A DNA stretch of 64,000 nt from Bdellovibrionales bacterium (GTDB lineage Bacteria; Bdellovibrionota; Bdellovibrionia; Bdellovibrionales; UBA1609). Where the stretch lies: NCBI GenBank assembly GCA_020435005.1, contig JAGRAE010000001.1, positions 609 to 64,608 on the forward strand, written 5' to 3'. Positions 1 through 9,650 of the stretch are shown piece after piece. Below the pieces are notes generated by a model. That model ran no database searches. It was not told where the DNA came from and was given only the letters and a program-made list of their open reading frames with translations. How positions within the stretch are numbered: the stretch's first letter is position 1; each line of letters opens with the position of its first letter. Position numbers and translations under genes: made by a program.

Positions 1-487
1 CCACTTCATGCATATTTCCATGCTCAACGTGCACTCCATCAAAAAAGTAAACTATGTTTTTATATTGAACATTGGTTGCTAAAACTTCATTTATATATGC
101 TCTCACTGCAGGCCATAACATCCCCTGATCATGATTGCCCACTACAAATGTTATAGTTCGTCCTTCCTTTGAGGCAAAATGCTTCAAAGCATTGAAAAAC
201 TTTTGATGACCTAAATGAATTTCTTTCATTTTTTCTAAGGTCACTGCTTCTGTAATTACCGTTAGAAAATGCCCTTTGTATGGAACTTGTAAAAAATTAA
301 AAATATCTCCATTTAAGATCACTTCAACATCATAATCGGCGTATTTCCCTTTTGTATGAAATTCCAAGAACTCCACAAATTTATCATCATAGTAAAACTC
401 TTCTAGAGGGTTATTACTCCCGTCCTCTAAAACTCTTCCTGTTCCAAGATGTAAGTCACTCACGACTAGTTTAATTTTCTTTTTCAT
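1..487 (-). CDS. Calcineurin-like metallophosphoesterase (N-terminal part; the gene runs off the left edge of the window)
   Basis: My own reverse-strand translation from the ATG at 487 gives MKKKIKLVVSDLHLGTG...NGDIFNF...VVGNHD...EHGN. These are the DxH, GD, GNHD and H motifs of the metallophosphoesterase fold. The start abuts the stop of the GGDEF gene at 488. Confidence 0.75.
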   Translation of the reverse strand, partial: MKKKIKLVVSDLHLGTGRVLEDGSNNPLEEFYYDDKFVEFLEFHTKGKYADYDVEVILNGDIFNFLQVPYKGHFLTVITEAVTLEKMKEIHLGHQKFFNALKHFASKEGRTITFVVGNHDQGMLWPAVRAYINEVLATNVQYKNIVYFFDGVHVEHGNMHEV

Positions 488-1501
488 TTAACTGGCAGTT
501 ACGTAAACTGTATTTCTACTTTTATTTTTTGCTAAATACATTGCATCATCAGCTAGTTGAATTATTTGCTCACTTGTTTGGGCATGTCGAGGAAAGCCTG
601 CTAAACCTATACTCACTGTTAATTTTATTTCAGCTGGTGCACCTTCTACATCAAAGCCCTTAGCCTCAACCGCTTTCCTAATTCTTTCAGCCACAACTTT
701 GGCTTTGTCAACATCTGTTTGAGTTAACACAATTACAAATTCGTCTCCACCATAGCGAAAAGCAAAATCAGAGATTCTGATGTGACTTTTAATAATTTCA
801 GACATTTCAATTAATATTTGTGAGCCAACGAGGTGGCCACAAGTATCATTTACTGCCTTAAAAAAATCTACATCTAAAAATAAAACTGCAAAAGTGCACT
901 GCTCCCTTTTTGCTCTTGATATTTCTTTATCCAAAACCATAGGTAAATATCTTTGATTAAATAATTCCGTAACGTCGTCTATAAAAGACATTTCTCTCAC
1001 TGAATAGTGTTCAATTGCAAACTGTAAATGTTTAGTCATATATGATACTAATTCTTTGGCTTTGGTTATTGCCTGACTTCTTTCACCTGAATTGACATCA
1101 CTAAAAAAAAAGTAAGCATCAATCTCACAAGTTCCAGTATTCATTACAGGAATAATAAAATGATATTTTCTATTAGTTTCCACGCACAGATAGCCTTCAT
1201 CCTTTAGTTTTTGTGCTTGATTGAAAAGATCAAAAGTTAAAAATTTATTTACTAATTCTGATACATCAATTGCTGATTGTGAGGTTACAAAAACATCTTG
1301 ATCCATTTTTGAATGGGGAATGTATTTTTCCTTTTTGTCATATATGAGTTTAGCTTCTTTATTGAGAATCCAATGGATATTACCTGACATCACTTTGGTA
1401 GATAAATAGTTTAGGCTTCTCTTTACAATAACAGACAAATTCAAAGTATCATATAAATCATCTAAATCTTGAATGGTCTGTATCCGAGTAAATTCATTCA
1501 T
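488..1501 (-). CDS. Diguanylate cyclase (GGDEF domain) with an uncharacterised N-terminal sensor region
   Basis: Motif RYGGDEFVIV with an RxxD I-site five residues upstream (RISDFAFRYGGDEF). LDVDFFKAVND is typical of GGDEF domains. Confidence 0.9.
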   Translation of the reverse strand: MNEFTRIQTIQDLDDLYDTLNLSVIVKRSLNYLSTKVMSGNIHWILNKEAKLIYDKKEKYIPHSKMDQDVFVTSQSAIDVSELVNKFLTFDLFNQAQKLKDEGYLCVETNRKYHFIIPVMNTGTCEIDAYFFFSDVNSGERSQAITKAKELVSYMTKHLQFAIEHYSVREMSFIDDVTELFNQRYLPMVLDKEISRAKREQCTFAVLFLDVDFFKAVNDTCGHLVGSQILIEMSEIIKSHIRISDFAFRYGGDEFVIVLTQTDVDKAKVVAERIRKAVEAKGFDVEGAPAEIKLTVSIGLAGFPRHAQTSEQIIQLADDAMYLAKNKSRNTVYVTAS

Positions 1502-2580
1502 TAATCAACCTTTTTCAAGTTTCCAGTAAGATTATTAAAATCTTCTGCTTCTAGTAAAGATAAGGCCAACCTCAATGTTTTTACAGTTTTTCTCAAAACC
1601 TCTTGTTTTTGTGAGATGTATTTGTTGCTCTCATGTATTTTGCTTCTTAATGACTCTAGCTCATGATTCAATTTATCCAATTGTCTTTTGAGGTTTAGAA
1701 TCATTTCATCTTTACTTTTCACTAGAGCTTTGCTCTCTAGTTTAATAAGTTCCAATCTATTCTCAAGCTCACGCTCTCTAACTTTGATTTTCCTTAAACC
1801 CATTTGTAATCTATTTTCTAGTTCACTGGCTCTTTGTGAAACTCTTTGAATTTCTCTATCTTTTTCTGCAATTGAGTTTAGCAGAATTTCCTTTTCACCC
1901 TTTACATTATCATTTAAATCACGATATTTAATTTGAAAATTATGGGCTTTCCCTTCTAATTGATCTACTTTATTACGAAAAGTTTCGGCTGCTGCCGCCA
2001 ATTCTTCATTTTCAATAGATAGTTTTTCATTTTCTTTTTGCAATTCTTTTATTTTTATTTTTGCAATACGTAGATTTTCTGATTCAGCTAACATACTCTC
2101 AGTAGGTGACATAGTTCGACTTGAGCTTTGATAAGGTGAAGAAATATTAAACAAATCCAAATCAACTTTTTCTGTATGATCTAATGGATCTTCTGACACA
2201 ACTTCTTTGACTTCACTTTTTACTTCAACAGCTTTTACCATTTCTGTGGCTAAAGTTTCCTCATAGGCCTGCACCAATTCTTCTTCGCGAAGTGCATCGT
2301 CTTCCTCTTTATGTTCTTCATAAATTTCAGTAAAGTTATAAACAGACTCTTCTTTTGCTTTAATATTTGTTTTCTTATTGATATCAGGTAAATCAATGTC
2401 TAATTCTAAAATTCCCTCTTCATTTTCTTCTGTCTGATTTGAAATAGTATAAAAATCCACAGTAGAAGCTTGCGCTTCTTCATAATAATTTTTCGACTCA
2501 CTTTTCCCACTACTTTCTGTAGAATCGTTGAGTTCATCCATTAAATCGTCAACTAAGACGTCTTTTTTCTTTTTTGTCAT
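1501..2580 (-). CDS. Hypothetical acidic / coiled-coil protein
   Basis: 359-aa ORF with an Asp/Glu-rich N-terminal half and a heptad-like, K/E/L-rich C-terminal half. It overlaps the GGDEF gene start by 1 nt (TAATG). No catalytic motif was recognised. Confidence 0.55.
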   Translation of the reverse strand: MTKKKKDVLVDDLMDELNDSTESSGKSESKNYYEEAQASTVDFYTISNQTEENEEGILELDIDLPDINKKTNIKAKEESVYNFTEIYEEHKEEDDALREEELVQAYEETLATEMVKAVEVKSEVKEVVSEDPLDHTEKVDLDLFNISSPYQSSSRTMSPTESMLAESENLRIAKIKIKELQKENEKLSIENEELAAAAETFRNKVDQLEGKAHNFQIKYRDLNDNVKGEKEILLNSIAEKDREIQRVSQRASELENRLQMGLRKIKVRERELENRLELIKLESKALVKSKDEMILNLKRQLDKLNHELESLRSKIHESNKYISQKQEVLRKTVKTLRLALSLLEAEDFNNLTGNLKKVD

Positions 2581-2647
2581 CCACCTAAACTATCGGAAAC
2601 TATTGAACTTTAATTAATTTTTTAACTAAGTTTCCAGACTTAGGTGG
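2581..2647 (-). promoter_or_regulatory. Imperfect hairpin between the PfkB kinase gene and the coiled-coil gene; its 3' arm contains the Shine-Dalgarno sequence of the downstream gene
   Basis: CCACCTAA (2581-2588) pairs with TTAGGTGG (2640-2647), and GGAAACT (2595-2601) pairs with AGTTTCC (2629-2635). On the minus-strand mRNA, TTAGGTGG lies immediately before the ATG at 2580. Confidence 0.35.
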
Positions 2648-2718
2648 CATAGGAATTAATAAGTCTACATGGTCCAATGACATTACATAACGACAAAGGA
2701 CCAGCTATAATGTGTATA

Positions 2719-3630
2719 TCAGTCTCTATGAGCAATAACTTTGTGGTACAAAGCTTGTCTCTTTTCAACTTGAGGCCAATCCACTTTTTCTAAAGCATTC
2801 ACACTAAAGTCTTGAACAGTAAAACTAGCCATCAGACAGCCATGGATGCAGGCTTGCTTAACATCTTCTAATTTCCAATCAGAATTTAACTTGGATAAAT
2901 ATCCAAAGAAACCACCAGCAAAAGTATCTCCAGCACCTGTAGGATCAATAACATTTTCAACGGGGTAGGCTGGTAAAATAAAATACTGCCCCTCTGAATA
3001 CATCATAAAACCGTACTCTCCCCTTTTCATAACAACAGCTCGCGGCCCCCAATTAGTTAATTCTTTTATAGCGGCAACAGTATTCCATGTATTGGCTAGA
3101 GCTCTGACTTCTCCTTCGTTTATCAATAAAACATCCACTCTTTTGAGTAGTGATTTGAGGTCATCAATCTTTGAATCTATCCAAAAGTTCATGGTATCAA
3201 CACCCACTAATTTGGGGGACTGAACTTGATCGAGAACGCGATGTTGAAGTTCAGGATCAATATTAGCTAAAAAAACATATTTTGAATCTTTGTATTCTTC
3301 GGGCAATTCAGGATTGAAATTTTCAAAAACATTTAACTGGGTATCTAAAGTAATGGCTTCATTCATATCCTTTTCATATTTTCCTTCCCAATGAAATGTA
3401 GAGCCAGGTACTTTCTGTAGTCCTTTAGTACAAATATCTCTATTTTCTAATTTAGCTAAATCTGAAGGAGCATAGTCATCGCCAATAACTCCCACTACAC
3501 GGACTCTTGAATAAAGTGAAGCCGATAAAGAAAAGTAATTAGCCGAACCGCCAAGGGCGTGGTCTGCCTTACCAGTTGGTGTTGTAATTGTGTCATAGGC
3601 AATACTTCCAACGACTAAAATTTCTGACAT
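2719..3630 (-). CDS. PfkB-family carbohydrate/nucleoside kinase
   Basis: Ribokinase-fold motifs: N-terminal GSIAYD, and C-terminal DPTGAGDTFAGGF (anion hole / catalytic Asp). Confidence 0.85.
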   Translation of the reverse strand: MSEILVVGSIAYDTITTPTGKADHALGGSANYFSLSASLYSRVRVVGVIGDDYAPSDLAKLENRDICTKGLQKVPGSTFHWEGKYEKDMNEAITLDTQLNVFENFNPELPEEYKDSKYVFLANIDPELQHRVLDQVQSPKLVGVDTMNFWIDSKIDDLKSLLKRVDVLLINEGEVRALANTWNTVAAIKELTNWGPRAVVMKRGEYGFMMYSEGQYFILPAYPVENVIDPTGAGDTFAGGFFGYLSKLNSDWKLEDVKQACIHGCLMASFTVQDFSVNALEKVDWPQVEKRQALYHKVIAHRD

Positions 3631-3659
3631 TGAGAATCTCCTTGCAATTTATACTTAAA

Positions 3660-4709
3660 TTAAATGGACATGGTTATAGGATGATTTTTATGGGCTGAGG
3701 TCAATTGTCCACAAGCCGCGTAAATATCTCTACCCATTGTACGGCGGCGCAACACGTGGACATCCTTGCTCATTAAGTAAGTCTGAAAAGCATTCACCTT
3801 TTCCTCAGTAGGACGATGAAAACCTGAATCTGGGTGTTCATTAAATGGAATTAAATTAACTTTACTGGGCACATTTCTCAAAATTTTAACTAATTCTCGG
3901 GCATGCTCTAAAGAATCATTGAAATCTTTTAACAATACATACTCCATAGTCACTTTGTCTTTGGAAGTGCGTGAGTGAATACGACAAGCTTCCAATAGAT
4001 CTGCTATAGGCCATTTTTTATTTATAGGCATGATTTTTTCTCTCGTTTCGTCATTAGAAGCATTCAAACTTACGGCTAAGCGAAGCCCAGCTTGAGTTAC
4101 AAGAGGTATTTGTGGTACTAAACCAGAGGTGGAAACTGTAATTTTTTTACGCGATAAATTTATTCCCCATGAAGAGTGTAAAATCTTTGAAGCAGAAAAC
4201 ACAGCTTCAGGGTTATCAAGAGGCTCACCCATACCCATAAAAACTACATTAGTAATGGGCTCACCCTCAGGTTGGTCCATCATTACTCTTACAAATTGGC
4301 CAACGATTTGTTGAGTACTCAATCGTTTTTTAAGTTTTTGTTTTCCTGTAAAACAGAATTTGCAGGCCATATTACAACCCACTTCAGAGGATAAACACAA
4401 AGTACGACGACCGTTATTTCCTGGAATCAATACGGCTTCGACGGTTTGATTATCGCCCACATCAAACAAATACTTTCTTGTTCCATCGCGACTTATTTGT
4501 TCTTTAACTACTTGAGGTAGCTCTAAATTTAATAGTTGTGGTAGCTGAGCACGAAAATTCTTAGAAATATTGGTCATGTTATTGAAGTCAAACTCTTTAA
4601 GGCCATAAACCCAACGATACAATTGTTGAGCGCGAAACTTTTTTTCACCAAAGGATTGGATATAATCAGTGAGATCTTCTAATCGATATTGAAAAAAATT
4701 AACGGCCAT
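3660..4709 (-). CDS. rlmN: 23S rRNA/tRNA (adenine-C2)-methyltransferase RlmN (radical SAM)
   Basis: FRAQQLYRWVY N-terminal motif, radical-SAM cluster CNMACKFC, GMGEPLDN, and the C-terminal catalytic Cys in DIYAACGQL. Confidence 0.9.
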   Translation of the reverse strand: MAVNFFQYRLEDLTDYIQSFGEKKFRAQQLYRWVYGLKEFDFNNMTNISKNFRAQLPQLLNLELPQVVKEQISRDGTRKYLFDVGDNQTVEAVLIPGNNGRRTLCLSSEVGCNMACKFCFTGKQKLKKRLSTQQIVGQFVRVMMDQPEGEPITNVVFMGMGEPLDNPEAVFSASKILHSSWGINLSRKKITVSTSGLVPQIPLVTQAGLRLAVSLNASNDETREKIMPINKKWPIADLLEACRIHSRTSKDKVTMEYVLLKDFNDSLEHARELVKILRNVPSKVNLIPFNEHPDSGFHRPTEEKVNAFQTYLMSKDVHVLRRRTMGRDIYAACGQLTSAHKNHPITMSI

Positions 4710-4772
4710 AGCTCCTCTTTAACGCGACGAACCATTTGATAGCATAGAAGCCCTAGCCAGACAAGAAATTGT

Positions 4773-5681
4773 TTACGGTCCCCCTGAACAATCTACATAT
4801 CCTAATGCCTGAGTAATTATAAATTCTTTAGGAGTTTCAAAATTGTTGCCCCAGGGGGCAAATGACTGAAATCTTGCAGTAGCACATAAAGATGGGTTTG
4901 TAGGAGCTCTTAAATGCAACCCCGCCGGTGACACATAAAACAGTATATTATCAGCGTGTCCTGCTTGAGCTGGCCCTAAATCTTTGTATGTCGTTTGCTC
5001 CCAATTTGTAAATTGTTGAGTAATAAAGTATCTATATCTTACCCAAGGAACTCCCCCTTCAACTTTTGCTTGAACCCAAAAGTAGTTATAAGAATTCTCG
5101 AGCAAACCAGTTAATTGTCTCAAGCCAACTTTCATTCCCTCCAAATTAGCAAAACCTAAAGTTCCTCCACCACTATTTGAAGAACTGCATGAAGTAATGG
5201 TATTTACGCCATTAATCTGTGAGTGAATAATAAAAGGTATATGTTTTATCTGTGGATAAATTTCCTGATCATTAAAACCTTTAAATGTAACTAAAACCTT
5301 GTGACTTATAGCTGGTGGAGCAGAGTAAATTAATTCTAACTCTATGTTTGCAATCATTAAGGAACCAAAAGCTACCGAAAGTAAGGGTGTTCCACCTAAA
5401 AGCTTTGATTGTAAATCAATTTCTTGTGTTGCAGTTGATGTGTTACTGAGTGATATGTCAGATAATACCGTTCCACCAAAGATACTTGTACATACAGCTG
5501 CATCTTTTAAACGAGTGCTCAACTCTTCAATGGCGGTTATTTGATCTACTTTATAATTGATTCGAGCCATAGATTTTTGGGTGTTGAAGATAAGAGTAGC
5601 CATTAAGCTGAGCACAACTCCCATAATGCTTACTAAAACTACAGCTTCAATCAAACTGAAACCCTTAGACCCTACTTTCAT
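4773..5681 (-). CDS. Modular type IV pilin-like protein (orphan paralogue of the 19.5-23.2 kb cluster)
   Basis: N-terminus MKVGSKG|FSLIEAVVLVSIMGVVLSL is a prepilin cleavage/methylation motif with Glu5. Cys64 and Cys165 are spaced as in the three clustered paralogues. A SSSNSGGG linker and a C-terminal extra domain follow. Confidence 0.7.
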   Translation of the reverse strand: MKVGSKGFSLIEAVVLVSIMGVVLSLMATLIFNTQKSMARINYKVDQITAIEELSTRLKDAAVCTSIFGGTVLSDISLSNTSTATQEIDLQSKLLGGTPLLSVAFGSLMIANIELELIYSAPPAISHKVLVTFKGFNDQEIYPQIKHIPFIIHSQINGVNTITSCSSSNSGGGTLGFANLEGMKVGLRQLTGLLENSYNYFWVQAKVEGGVPWVRYRYFITQQFTNWEQTTYKDLGPAQAGHADNILFYVSPAGLHLRAPTNPSLCATARFQSFAPWGNNFETPKEFIITQALGYVDCSGGP

Positions 5682-5765
5682 AGTATAATTTTATTATTAA
5701 AGTTGTTGTTTGTGAGAGTGTTTTGTCGAGACTGTATCAATATAGAACAATTAACGATCAAAAAC

Positions 5766-6812
5766 CTATGACTTTAAATCGGCAAGTAATTCATCAAAAT
5801 AGCATGGTACACAACCCACTTTGCCAACAACAATACCGGCCGCTGAGTTAGCAGCGATACAAGCTTCATTCAAGTCAAACCCTGAAGCCCATGCTAATGA
5901 AAGTGTCGCAAGTACCGTGTCTCCCGCCCCAGTCACATCAAAAGTTTGTTTAGCTTGTGTCGGCATAGCAAAGTACTCATCACCTTCTATGTGTAACATT
6001 CCTTCTTTTCCCAGGGTAACAACAAGGTGCTCACAACCTATAGCTTTTTGTATTTCTCGAGTCACTTGGCCCAATGAATTCTCATCTTCACGCAGATCAT
6101 CTAAATTTAATCCTGATAACTCAAAAGCTTCATCCCTGTTGGGCTTAAAGACATCGGCACCTTTATAATATTTTATTGGAGTTGTTCGGTGTGGATCAAC
6201 AAATACTTTTTTACCATGATCATGGGCTAATTTTATGAGGCTTTGAGTACTATTTTCTGAAAATACTCCCTTTGCATAATCTTCTAGGACCACCACATCT
6301 ATTTCACTCATTAAATCTTTAGCTCGATTTAAGAGTTCATTCTCTGCGGTTTTTGATAAAAACTGCTTTCTCTCAAAATCCACTCGAGCAATGTGGTGAT
6401 TTCCAGTCATTAAACGCGTCTTTCGCGTTGTTGGACGAGCTGAGTCAACAATTAGTGACTCTGAGGATACCCCCGCCTCAGCCAATAAAGACTTAAAATC
6501 TTGGGCTGTCGAGTCATTTCCGATGACTCCAAGAAGATGACATTTTCCCTTTAAACTTACAACATTTTGGGCCACATTGGCTGCCAAGCCCAGTCTTCTT
6601 TCTTGGCTTTTTACCTCTAAAACGGGCACAGGCGCTTCTGGGCTAATTCTTTTGACGTCTCCCAGATAATATTCATCAAGGCAAAGGTCTCCCACTACTA
6701 ATAATCGACCTTTTGATAAGTCTTCTAACTTTTTCGCAATAGCTTGTTTTTTGTCCTTTAATTCACTTTTTGAAATAAAATTAAGACTCATCTTTACCTC
6801 TGTGGTTATCAT
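5766..6812 (-). CDS. rfaE1: D-glycero-beta-D-manno-heptose-7-phosphate kinase (RfaE/HldE domain I type, kinase only)
   Basis: LLVVGDLCLDEYYLGDVKRISPEAPVPVLEV is the hallmark N-terminus of the HldE kinase domain; the C-terminal PfkB motif is DVTGAGDTV. The alternative ATG at 6791 has a better GAGG Shine-Dalgarno. Confidence 0.8.
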   Translation of the reverse strand: MITTEVKMSLNFISKSELKDKKQAIAKKLEDLSKGRLLVVGDLCLDEYYLGDVKRISPEAPVPVLEVKSQERRLGLAANVAQNVVSLKGKCHLLGVIGNDSTAQDFKSLLAEAGVSSESLIVDSARPTTRKTRLMTGNHHIARVDFERKQFLSKTAENELLNRAKDLMSEIDVVVLEDYAKGVFSENSTQSLIKLAHDHGKKVFVDPHRTTPIKYYKGADVFKPNRDEAFELSGLNLDDLREDENSLGQVTREIQKAIGCEHLVVTLGKEGMLHIEGDEYFAMPTQAKQTFDVTGAGDTVLATLSLAWASGFDLNEACIAANSAAGIVVGKVGCVPCYFDELLADLKS

Positions 6813-6918
6813 AGTTAGATATAAAATAAATAGCAGCTATTTTGCTATGCAGAATTGACTTGATTTGAAAACATGCAAGGATTATTTTTCTGGAAAATTT
6901 TTTAATGGAGATAGTTTA

Positions 6919-8175
6919 ATGAAAAGCCTTACTGAAGGTGCCCTATACCGAAACACCCTGAGAACTTTAGAGACTGCTGGCGAAATTATTAACTTGAATA
7001 GAAATGCACTTGAAAGGCTAAAACTACCCAGGCGAGCTATCGCTGTTTCCGTTCCGGTTAAAATGGATGATGGCAGAGTGCAAATTTTCCCCGGTTATCG
7101 CGTACAACACAATCAAGCTCTAGGCCCTTTCAAAGGCGGATTGCGCTATCATCAATCGGTAAATTTAAGCGAAGTTGCAGCTTTATCGATGTTAATGACT
7201 TTTAAAAACTCATTACTAGGCTTACCCTTAGGCGGAGCTAAAGGTGGAGTAACTGTCAACCCCAACCAGCTCTCTACAAACGAACTTGAACATTTGACGC
7301 GTCGATTTACTTCAGAACTTAGCCCTTTTATTGGTCCCGATGAAGACATTCCTGCACCCGATGTCGGTACTGATTCGCAAACAATGGCCTGGATGCTAGA
7401 TACCTATTCTATGGAATCTGGTTTTTCTCAAACAGGGGTCGTAACAGGTAAACCTATTGAAATTGGTGGGTCACAAGGACGCGAATGTGCAACGGGCTTA
7501 GGTGTTGTCTACGTTACTGAAAAAGCCTTAGCTACGAGAGGCAAAAAAATCCAAGGAGCCACCATGGCCATTCAAGGTTTTGGTAAAGTGGGTATGCATG
7601 CTGCTATTGAAGCCTTTGCCCTCGGTGCTAAAGTAGTGGCTGTGAGTGATGTTACTGGAGCTATTTATCATCCTGAAGGTTTAAATATAACGGACGTAAA
7701 AAAATATATTGATGAAAATAAAGTTCTTAAAGGCTACCCCAATGCTCAAACTATTGACGGAGAAGAGCTCTTAGAATTAGACGTTGATGTTTTAGCGCCC
7801 TGTGCTCTCGATGGTGTTATTAACAGCACCAATGTTGATCGCATCAAAGCACCTATAATTGTAGAAGGCGCTAATGGACCTGTAACGGTCAATGCCAGTG
7901 ATGAGCTCTACAAACGCAATACAATGATTATCCCTGATATTTTAGCCAATGGCGGTGGAGTTGTCGTTAGCTACTTTGAGTGGGTTCAAGATATTGTTTG
8001 GTTGTTTTGGCACGAAGATGAAGTTCGTCAAAAGTTAAAAACTATTATGTATCGTTCTTTTGATACTGTTTTTGACTTTCACAAAGAAATGGGCACCAAT
8101 TTACGCCTTTCTGCTATGGGTGTTTCATTGAAACGCCTAGAAAAAGCTATGAAACTTCGTGGTCAAGCTTGGTAG
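6919..8175 (+). CDS. gdhA: Glutamate dehydrogenase
   Basis: GLPLGGAKGG (catalytic Lys region) and the GFGKVG Rossmann motif. I place the start at the ATG at 6919, which has GGAG 8 nt upstream. The track ORF begins at the TTG at 6865. Confidence 0.9.
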   Translation: MKSLTEGALYRNTLRTLETAGEIINLNRNALERLKLPRRAIAVSVPVKMDDGRVQIFPGYRVQHNQALGPFKGGLRYHQSVNLSEVAALSMLMTFKNSLLGLPLGGAKGGVTVNPNQLSTNELEHLTRRFTSELSPFIGPDEDIPAPDVGTDSQTMAWMLDTYSMESGFSQTGVVTGKPIEIGGSQGRECATGLGVVYVTEKALATRGKKIQGATMAIQGFGKVGMHAAIEAFALGAKVVAVSDVTGAIYHPEGLNITDVKKYIDENKVLKGYPNAQTIDGEELLELDVDVLAPCALDGVINSTNVDRIKAPIIVEGANGPVTVNASDELYKRNTMIIPDILANGGGVVVSYFEWVQDIVWLFWHEDEVRQKLKTIMYRSFDTVFDFHKEMGTNLRLSAMGVSLKRLEKAMKLRGQAW

Positions 8176-9156
8176 ATGAGTTTTAAACCTTGGTTATTAT
8201 TACCTCCCAAGCTAGCTCATGATTTGAGTCCTTTTGCCTTAAACCTTATAAAACATATGGTCACTTCTACCAATGATGATTGGCAGAGTTTTACCTGGAG
8301 AAATTTATATTTCCGCAATCCTTTAGGAATTGCTGGTGGTGTTGATAAGAATGTGGAACAAGTGGATGCTTGGCACAGATTAGGTTGTGGTTTTATTGAA
8401 GTGGGTACAATCACTCCACTGCCTCAAGGCCCCAACCCTGGTAAAATAATGGATAGAGATATTTTACAACGAGCTGTGTGGAATAAAATGGGCTTCCCCA
8501 ACAAAGGTTTAGAGTGGGCAATACAAAATTTAAAAAAACTAAAACGCCCTTTTTATGTTCCTCTATTTGCAAATATTGGCAAAAATAGGAACACTCCCCT
8601 AGAAAAAGCTGCAGAAGACTACAAAAAATGTATTTTAGCTTTAGAGAATTTTGTAGATGTCTTTGTCATTAATATAAGCAGTCCCAATACAAAAAACTTA
8701 CGGGACTTGCTCGCTCCAGATTCTTTAAAGCCATTTTTACAGGAGGTTTTAAGTTCACGTCGACAAAACACCCCCACTTTGCTCAAACTCAGCCCTGATT
8801 TAGATGACGATACATTACAAAACATTTTAAATGTATCCTTAGCAGCTAACATAGACGGCTGGATTTTAACTAATACAACTTTATCAAGACCTTCAAACAT
8901 TTCATTTCCCCAAGAAGGAGGACTTTCAGGCGAGCCTTTAGCCACCACTTCAAAAGATTTTTTAAAAAAATCTTTGCGCTTTTTAGGGGAACATAGACAA
9001 GACAAACTTGTTATTTCTACTGGTGGTATAATGAACGCTGATGATGTCCAAGAACGCATCAGAATGGGTGCAGATTTAGTCCAGGTTTATTCTACTCTCA
9101 TATTTGAAGGGCCTTTTTTCTTTAAAAAAACTTTGAAATGTTTAAAACAGAGTTAA
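8176..9156 (+). CDS. pyrD: Dihydroorotate dehydrogenase (quinone), class 2
   Basis: NPLGIAGGVDKN, FIEVGTITP, INISSPNT and SGEPL motifs. The ATG follows the gdhA stop directly. Confidence 0.9.
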   Translation: MSFKPWLLLPPKLAHDLSPFALNLIKHMVTSTNDDWQSFTWRNLYFRNPLGIAGGVDKNVEQVDAWHRLGCGFIEVGTITPLPQGPNPGKIMDRDILQRAVWNKMGFPNKGLEWAIQNLKKLKRPFYVPLFANIGKNRNTPLEKAAEDYKKCILALENFVDVFVINISSPNTKNLRDLLAPDSLKPFLQEVLSSRRQNTPTLLKLSPDLDDDTLQNILNVSLAANIDGWILTNTTLSRPSNISFPQEGGLSGEPLATTSKDFLKKSLRFLGEHRQDKLVISTGGIMNADDVQERIRMGADLVQVYSTLIFEGPFFFKKTLKCLKQS

Positions 9157-9236
9157 CAATTTTGAAATCAAAAGCTCATCAAGTAGCACACTGTCATACA
9201 TTGAGTTATTAATTTGAAGCAGGTAGTCTTTTTAAG

Positions 9237-9650
9237 ATGACTAAGAAAAAACGGCCCGTATGGGTTCCTGTAGTAACTGGTTTAATAATTAAAAACTCGA
9301 AAGTTTTAATTGGCTGTCGACCACAGGATAAAAATTTATCCGGAAAATGGGAGTTTCCAGGTGGTAAAATCGAACTTTCTGAATCTCCAGAACAAGCTCT
9401 CAAAAGAGAGTTATTGGAAGAATTGGGAATAGATGCTGAAATAGGCCCATTAAAACTTGTTGGAACTCATGCCTACGGAGATACTGGTATTTTGATACTT
9501 TTTTATGAAATAAAATATTGGAAAGGTGAACCTAAAACTCTTTACCATACTGAATTAAAATGGGTAGAATTTAATGAATTAAAGCTCCATCCCCTTCCTG
9601 AAGCAAATGAAAAAATGCTTTCACGAATTTTGGCGGTATTAAATGACTAG
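9237..9650 (+). CDS. mutT: NUDIX hydrolase, MutT-like (8-oxo-dGTP diphosphatase type)
   Basis: Nudix box GKWEFPGGKIELSESPEQALKRELLEELG; 137 aa. Confidence 0.75.
   Translation: MTKKKRPVWVPVVTGLIIKNSKVLIGCRPQDKNLSGKWEFPGGKIELSESPEQALKRELLEELGIDAEIGPLKLVGTHAYGDTGILILFYEIKYWKGEPKTLYHTELKWVEFNELKLHPLPEANEKMLSRILAVLND

Noticed and set aside
4129-4314. Many 60-150-aa ORFs in the supplied track lie antisense to, or out of frame within, long genes with clear homology. Examples: 4129-4314, 5344-5544, 5821-6168, 7152-7349, 8217-8414, 8619-9059, 11028-11315, 12337-12676, 16452-16640, 17538-17741, 19216-19575, 20454-20930, 21162-21913, 29371-29571, 31993-32305, 44230-44449, 45196-45394, 46061-46288, 47796-47987, 53062-53702, 57528-57743 and 61997-62272.
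   Set aside because: They are shadow ORFs with low-complexity or odd composition. They have no ribosome-binding sites that I could see, and each is fully covered by a gene whose product carries recognisable family motifs.
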